Below the pieces are notes generated by a model, which did not search any database, was not told where the DNA came from, and saw nothing but the letters and a program-made list of their open reading frames with translations. A DNA stretch of 64,000 bases from positions 2,240,001-2,304,000 of the forward strand of contig CBDDDZ010000005.1 in the NCBI GenBank assembly GCA_965226795.1, read 5' to 3'. Positions 60,247 through 64,000 of the stretch are shown piece by piece. The first letter of the stretch is position 1. Each line of letters opens with the position of its first letter. This DNA is from Candidatus Latescibacterota bacterium (GTDB lineage Bacteria; Latescibacterota; UBA2968; GCA-2709665). A program made the translations under genes and the position numbers.

Positions 60247-61191
60247 TTACCCCAACCGTTTCACCAGGTGGTAATCCACCAGTTGTCTCACCCTGTATCC
60301 GGCGCCGAAATAGATCTCCTGAGCCGGATTATTCAGTCCCGTATGGAGCGTATTGCGTACCATACCCCGTTTCTTGAACTCCGCACACATCAAATTGAAC
60401 AGCACCGTACCGATCTTGCCCCGCCGGTAGTCCGGATGTGTCCCGATCCCGGTAAAACCGCCGCTTCCATCCTTGCCCACCCGGATCGGCCCGGCAAAAC
60501 CCACCACTGTCGGCCCGTCCGTGGCGATCAGCACGGGATATGGCGGGTCTCCGTCCATACATCCTTGCACAGAAGCCTCCCAACCGCCCGGGAACAGTGC
60601 CTTCATAAACCCACACAACGCGTCCCGATGTCCGGCTTCGCACAACCCGAACAGGATGCCTCGATGTCGGTTCTTTTCAATAAAACCTTCTATCTCCTCC
60701 CGAAGTTCAAACTCGGCAAACGTCGCTTCCATAAACAGACTCACCGACCCGCTGTTGCGGAATCCCCGATTCAAGAAGAACGTATAGGCCGGCGTCTTTA
60801 CATCGACCCCAGTTGCAAATGACATCGGATTTCCCTTATAACCAATCCGAATTTCCGTACATCCGCAACCTGCCAGAAATCCCTCCGCGGCATCCAGGAG
60901 CATACCCCCAACCCATTTTTGACGAAAATCCGAATCCACCATCAACACGCTCAGGTAGCCTGTCTCTCCCGGCCCGGGCGCCACCGCCAGAACAAACCCG
61001 ACAACCCTGCCCTCCACGCTTGCAATTAACGCACCCTCGGGGTCAAAATCCGGATGAGCCAGGACGCGCTGCCGAAACCCCGCTTCATCCATCCGGAAAT
61101 CATATTTCCGGTCTGCAAACACCCGCTGCCAGAGATCCATAACCGGCTCCAGGTCTTTGTCTTTCCAGGGAGCAATCGCTAAAGTGTCCAT
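60247..61191 (-). CDS. Tandem GNAT N-acetyltransferase
   Basis: Two acetyl-CoA motifs (VDSDFRQKWVG and THPDYRRGKIG). Confidence 0.88.
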   Translation of the reverse strand: MDTLAIAPWKDKDLEPVMDLWQRVFADRKYDFRMDEAGFRQRVLAHPDFDPEGALIASVEGRVVGFVLAVAPGPGETGYLSVLMVDSDFRQKWVGGMLLDAAEGFLAGCGCTEIRIGYKGNPMSFATGVDVKTPAYTFFLNRGFRNSGSVSLFMEATFAEFELREEIEGFIEKNRHRGILFGLCEAGHRDALCGFMKALFPGGWEASVQGCMDGDPPYPVLIATDGPTVVGFAGPIRVGKDGSGGFTGIGTHPDYRRGKIGTVLFNLMCAEFKKRGMVRNTLHTGLNNPAQEIYFGAGYRVRQLVDYHLVKRLG

Positions 61192-61271
61192 AACTTTAAT
61201 CCACCAATCCCTTTGACTGCTTGTGAATTCCTGGACCTTTGGGGCCCCTCTTAGAAGCCCGGTCGGCGCTT

Positions 61272-61667
61272 CTAAGAGGGTGGGAGGAACGCTACGGCTT
61301 CAATCTCGACCAGATAATCGGATTGAGCGAGGCCGCTGACGAACAACAGCGTGTTCGGGGGGAACGGGTCCCTGAAGAAGCGGTTGCGGACACGACGAAG
61401 GGCCTCAAGGTGACTGCGTTCGGTCAGATAGGTGGTCAACTTGACGATGTCTTCCAGACGACCTCCGAGCTCCTCGAGAATGGCCTGAAGATTCGCGTAG
61501 ACCTGGTGTGTCTGTGCCTCGATATCGCCTTTCCCTACCAGGTTGCCGCCCGCGTCCAGGGCGATTTGACCGGCGATGTAGACGGTGTCGCCGGCCTTCG
61601 CTACGTGAGAGTAACCCACCCCTGCCGTCGAGTGTACGCTTGCCGGATGAATGATCTCTCGGGCCAT
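61272..61667 (-). CDS. RidA (YjgF/YER057c/UK114) family protein
   Basis: YSH, IAGQ, DIVKLTTYL and LVEIEAVA. Confidence 0.92.
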   Translation of the reverse strand: MAREIIHPASVHSTAGVGYSHVAKAGDTVYIAGQIALDAGGNLVGKGDIEAQTHQVYANLQAILEELGGRLEDIVKLTTYLTERSHLEALRRVRNRFFRDPFPPNTLLFVSGLAQSDYLVEIEAVAFLPPS

Positions 61668-61746
61668 CGCTCTCCACCTCCTGTGTTATTGTTGTGTTCG
61701 GCTCCAAAGGCTGCGGGTTCCGTGCGCAAGCGTTTAACCTGCACGA

Positions 61747-61996
61747 ACCTCTCCCCCCAGCCCCCTCTCCTGCGAGGAGAGGGGGAGTTGATCCAAGCGT
61801 TGCGTAAATGCTGTATCATATAAGCTCTGATTGATTGGAGGACGCCATCTCGTCACTTTCCAAGCGCAACTCGCCGACCAATCACGATATTTCGCCCGGG
61901 TTTTTTCATCAATCGAGACCTCTTCATCCTATCCAATCGTTCATCAACCGAACACAGTTCCCCCTTCCTCTCAGGAAGGGGGATAGGGGGTAGGTC
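61747..61996 (-). repeat. 250-bp non-coding repeat (copy 2)
   Basis: Inverted, diverged copy of 2944-3193. Confidence 0.85.
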
Positions 61997-62132
61997 TCGT
62001 CTGTTTTGAACAATTCAAATCCAGAATGGATTATACATTGGGATTCGCTCGGAAGCTGTCTCTGCTTCGTGAAATCGCAATCCGTGACAGTTCATGCATT
62101 ATTCAGGTTGAATAGACACAAAGAGTTGTACC

Positions 62133-62543
62133 TTACGTTCTTCCGGTTAATCTTCCACCAATACACGCCATGGGCACGTAAGCGCAAACCAGGTCCACGA
62201 CGTTGAACAGGACCGGGCCCCCTATCATGATGACATTGACGATGCCGCCGATCAGGAAGAGTCCCCCAACCACCATCGCCGCTGCCATCCTGCAGCTTGC
62301 GGCGATTTGGGCGGCCAGATACGCGCCCGCAAGGGTCCCAAGCGCATGAGCGAGAAACGGGAATATGAAGTGCTTGAACTCGAACAGGTGCATGGAAGAC
62401 CTGATGGACTCCACATTGGTCACGTCGACGCCATCAGGAGGAGGAATTATTACAGGGCCTACCATGACCACAATCATATTTGCGATACTGCCGACAACAA
62501 CACCAACAATGACGGCCAGGACATTCTTCAGTTTTGAACCCAT
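62133..62543 (-). CDS. Small membrane protein
   Basis: Hydrophobic 136-aa ORF with GAGG RBS; PFLAHALGT motif. Confidence 0.78.
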   Translation of the reverse strand: MGSKLKNVLAVIVGVVVGSIANMIVVMVGPVIIPPPDGVDVTNVESIRSSMHLFEFKHFIFPFLAHALGTLAGAYLAAQIAASCRMAAAMVVGGLFLIGGIVNVIMIGGPVLFNVVDLVCAYVPMACIGGRLTGRT

Positions 62544-62678
62544 AGATCACCTCATCTGTTAGAATTCCTTTTCGAATGCCTCTCCTTCACATCCTGTAGC
62601 TTTAGCCTTGATTCGCAAGAAATCGGATGAACCCGTGCCGCAATAAGCTACGGTGGATCACCACCGCTGCCGTTTGCC

Positions 62679-62703
62679 GCGCGCCCACAAGGGGCGCCCC
62701 TAC
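62679..62703 (-). repeat. GTAG-type REP palindrome
   Basis: GTAG-GGGCGCCC-CTTGT-GGGCGCGC. Confidence 0.6.
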
Positions 62704-63049
62704 AACGCGACGAGGAGTCAGTCAGGGCTGAAGGTGCTTGATCCGGTACCGCAAACTGGCAGTTTGCGGTCCGATAGCCGGACCATCGCCTCTAACGTAC
62801 CAAGCGGACCTCAAGCCTTCAAAAACAAGCAATTTACAGCCCTGCCAATCCGCGAAAATTGGGGAATGCACAGCGTTCAAATGTGCCGTCTATCGTTTCA
62901 CATTCGGTAAAATCGAGAACCGCCGCTTTGTGACGTCAAATCGCCTTTGTTCTTCTATATAAATCCAGGCTAATGTAGCCGAAGGCAAGGGCCCCGAAGG
63001 GCGGCCGTCTGCGCCCCAGCTTTGACCGCTATGCGTGGCTTGACCAGGT

Positions 63050-63862
63050 CTAGCCGAGATGTTTTTCCAGCCACGCGACCGCGAAATTCGCCAGATCCCG
63101 CGCGTCGAACAGATACGAGTCCGCGGCTCCAACCCGCCCCACCTCGTAGCGTCCCTGAGCCATATATTCTTTCGAAATGGTCTGGAAATAACTACCATCG
63201 GGCCAATCAGTGATTCCATTGGAAGTATCAAACTGCTCGAACTCTATCCATTCGCGCTTGCCGTCGCGCAAGACCGGCCATCGATATCGCTCGGTTCTCT
63301 TGTTGGGTATGTCAGCCATATGTTCCGCATAGTGAAGAATGGTCAGGCTGTCGAACAGGCGTCCCAGCAGGAGTATTTTACCCCCAACGTCGCACAGCTT
63401 CTCGTGCGGGGAACCTGCGCCATAACCAAACTGAAGCGGGTGATCTGACGTTATCCAATCCGCGTCTGCGCCGACTGCCGCGACTCGCGCTTCGGGATGG
63501 TCGCTGCATCGCGCCCCGGGCCACGTACGCACGTACTCAGTAAGGATGCGCCACCGGCGATTGGCGCGAGTCCGGTACGGGTCGAACGGCGGACATTCTG
63601 CCAGATAGGCCTTCTGCCAGTCCTCCGGCCAATCATCAATTTCGTTCAAAGGCTCCTCGCACTTCACGTACATCATCAAGGTCCCCGTTGTACCGAGCAC
63701 GTCCAGCATCGCCCGGAGCACCATGTCAGGCCCCCCTACGATCCAGCCGACTGCCTTGACGGAAGCATGTAGCATCACCGTGTCACCCGAGGCAAGCCCC
63801 AGTTTCGACAAGTCAGATAACAATCTGCTTCGTGTAATCACTGGCAGGGCTGTGTTGACCAT
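63050..63862 (-). CDS. aac(3): Aminoglycoside 3-N-acetyltransferase (copy B)
   Basis: Same length (813 bp) and collinear with 56110-56922. Confidence 0.88.
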   Translation of the reverse strand: MVNTALPVITRSRLLSDLSKLGLASGDTVMLHASVKAVGWIVGGPDMVLRAMLDVLGTTGTLMMYVKCEEPLNEIDDWPEDWQKAYLAECPPFDPYRTRANRRWRILTEYVRTWPGARCSDHPEARVAAVGADADWITSDHPLQFGYGAGSPHEKLCDVGGKILLLGRLFDSLTILHYAEHMADIPNKRTERYRWPVLRDGKREWIEFEQFDTSNGITDWPDGSYFQTISKEYMAQGRYEVGRVGAADSYLFDARDLANFAVAWLEKHLG

Positions 63863-64000
63863 TATGTTTGCTTCCCCCGTCAGGGAAGACCTTGCACTGG
63901 GGTTAACGATTCGATGTCCAGAATCGCGAAGTGGTTGGACGAGGGCGCCAATGTGCACAAGTGCTTGAAGCACGAAAGTGTAACCACCGGCAAAATGGCC

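Noticed and set aside
3449..60822. Long + strand ORFs antisense to called genes (e.g. 3449-4207, 9044-9874, 14762-15367, 51050-51697, 60268-60822)
   Set aside because: They are shadow ORFs of GC-rich minus-strand genes and have no motifs.
1..64000. Integron integrase, transposase, reverse transcriptase, rRNA or tRNA
   Set aside because: No tyrosine-recombinase, DDE or RT motifs and no recognisable structural RNA gene were seen; a small or divergent one could have been missed by eye.

Overview
Bacterial accessory region with mixed GC content. A dockerin-like double EF-hand module hints at a Latescibacterota-like host, but this is a weak inference. Roughly 50 short, functionally unrelated genes lie almost entirely on the minus strand: GNATs, SAM methyltransferases, NUDIX, HAD, VOC/glyoxalases, APH-like kinases, two AAC(3) genes and toxin-antitoxin loci. 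They are interleaved with gene fragments, duplicated genes, REP-like repeats, two non-autonomous repeat families and many eroded or collapsed attC-like sites. This looks like a decaying integron-type cassette array, with no integrase visible in the window. Three blocks break the polarity on the + strand: an ankyrin protein, an ECF sigma-ankyrin fusion, and an intact 5.2-kb four-gene operon. That operon encodes an unknown protein, a degenerate BrxD/DUF2791-like ATPase, an intact BrxD/DUF2791-like ATPase and an SNF2 helicase with an extra N-terminal domain, behind a near-consensus sigma70 promoter. It is the best candidate for an undescribed anti-phage system. No rRNA, tRNA or CRISPR array was recognised. 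All family calls come from motifs read by eye, not from database searches.
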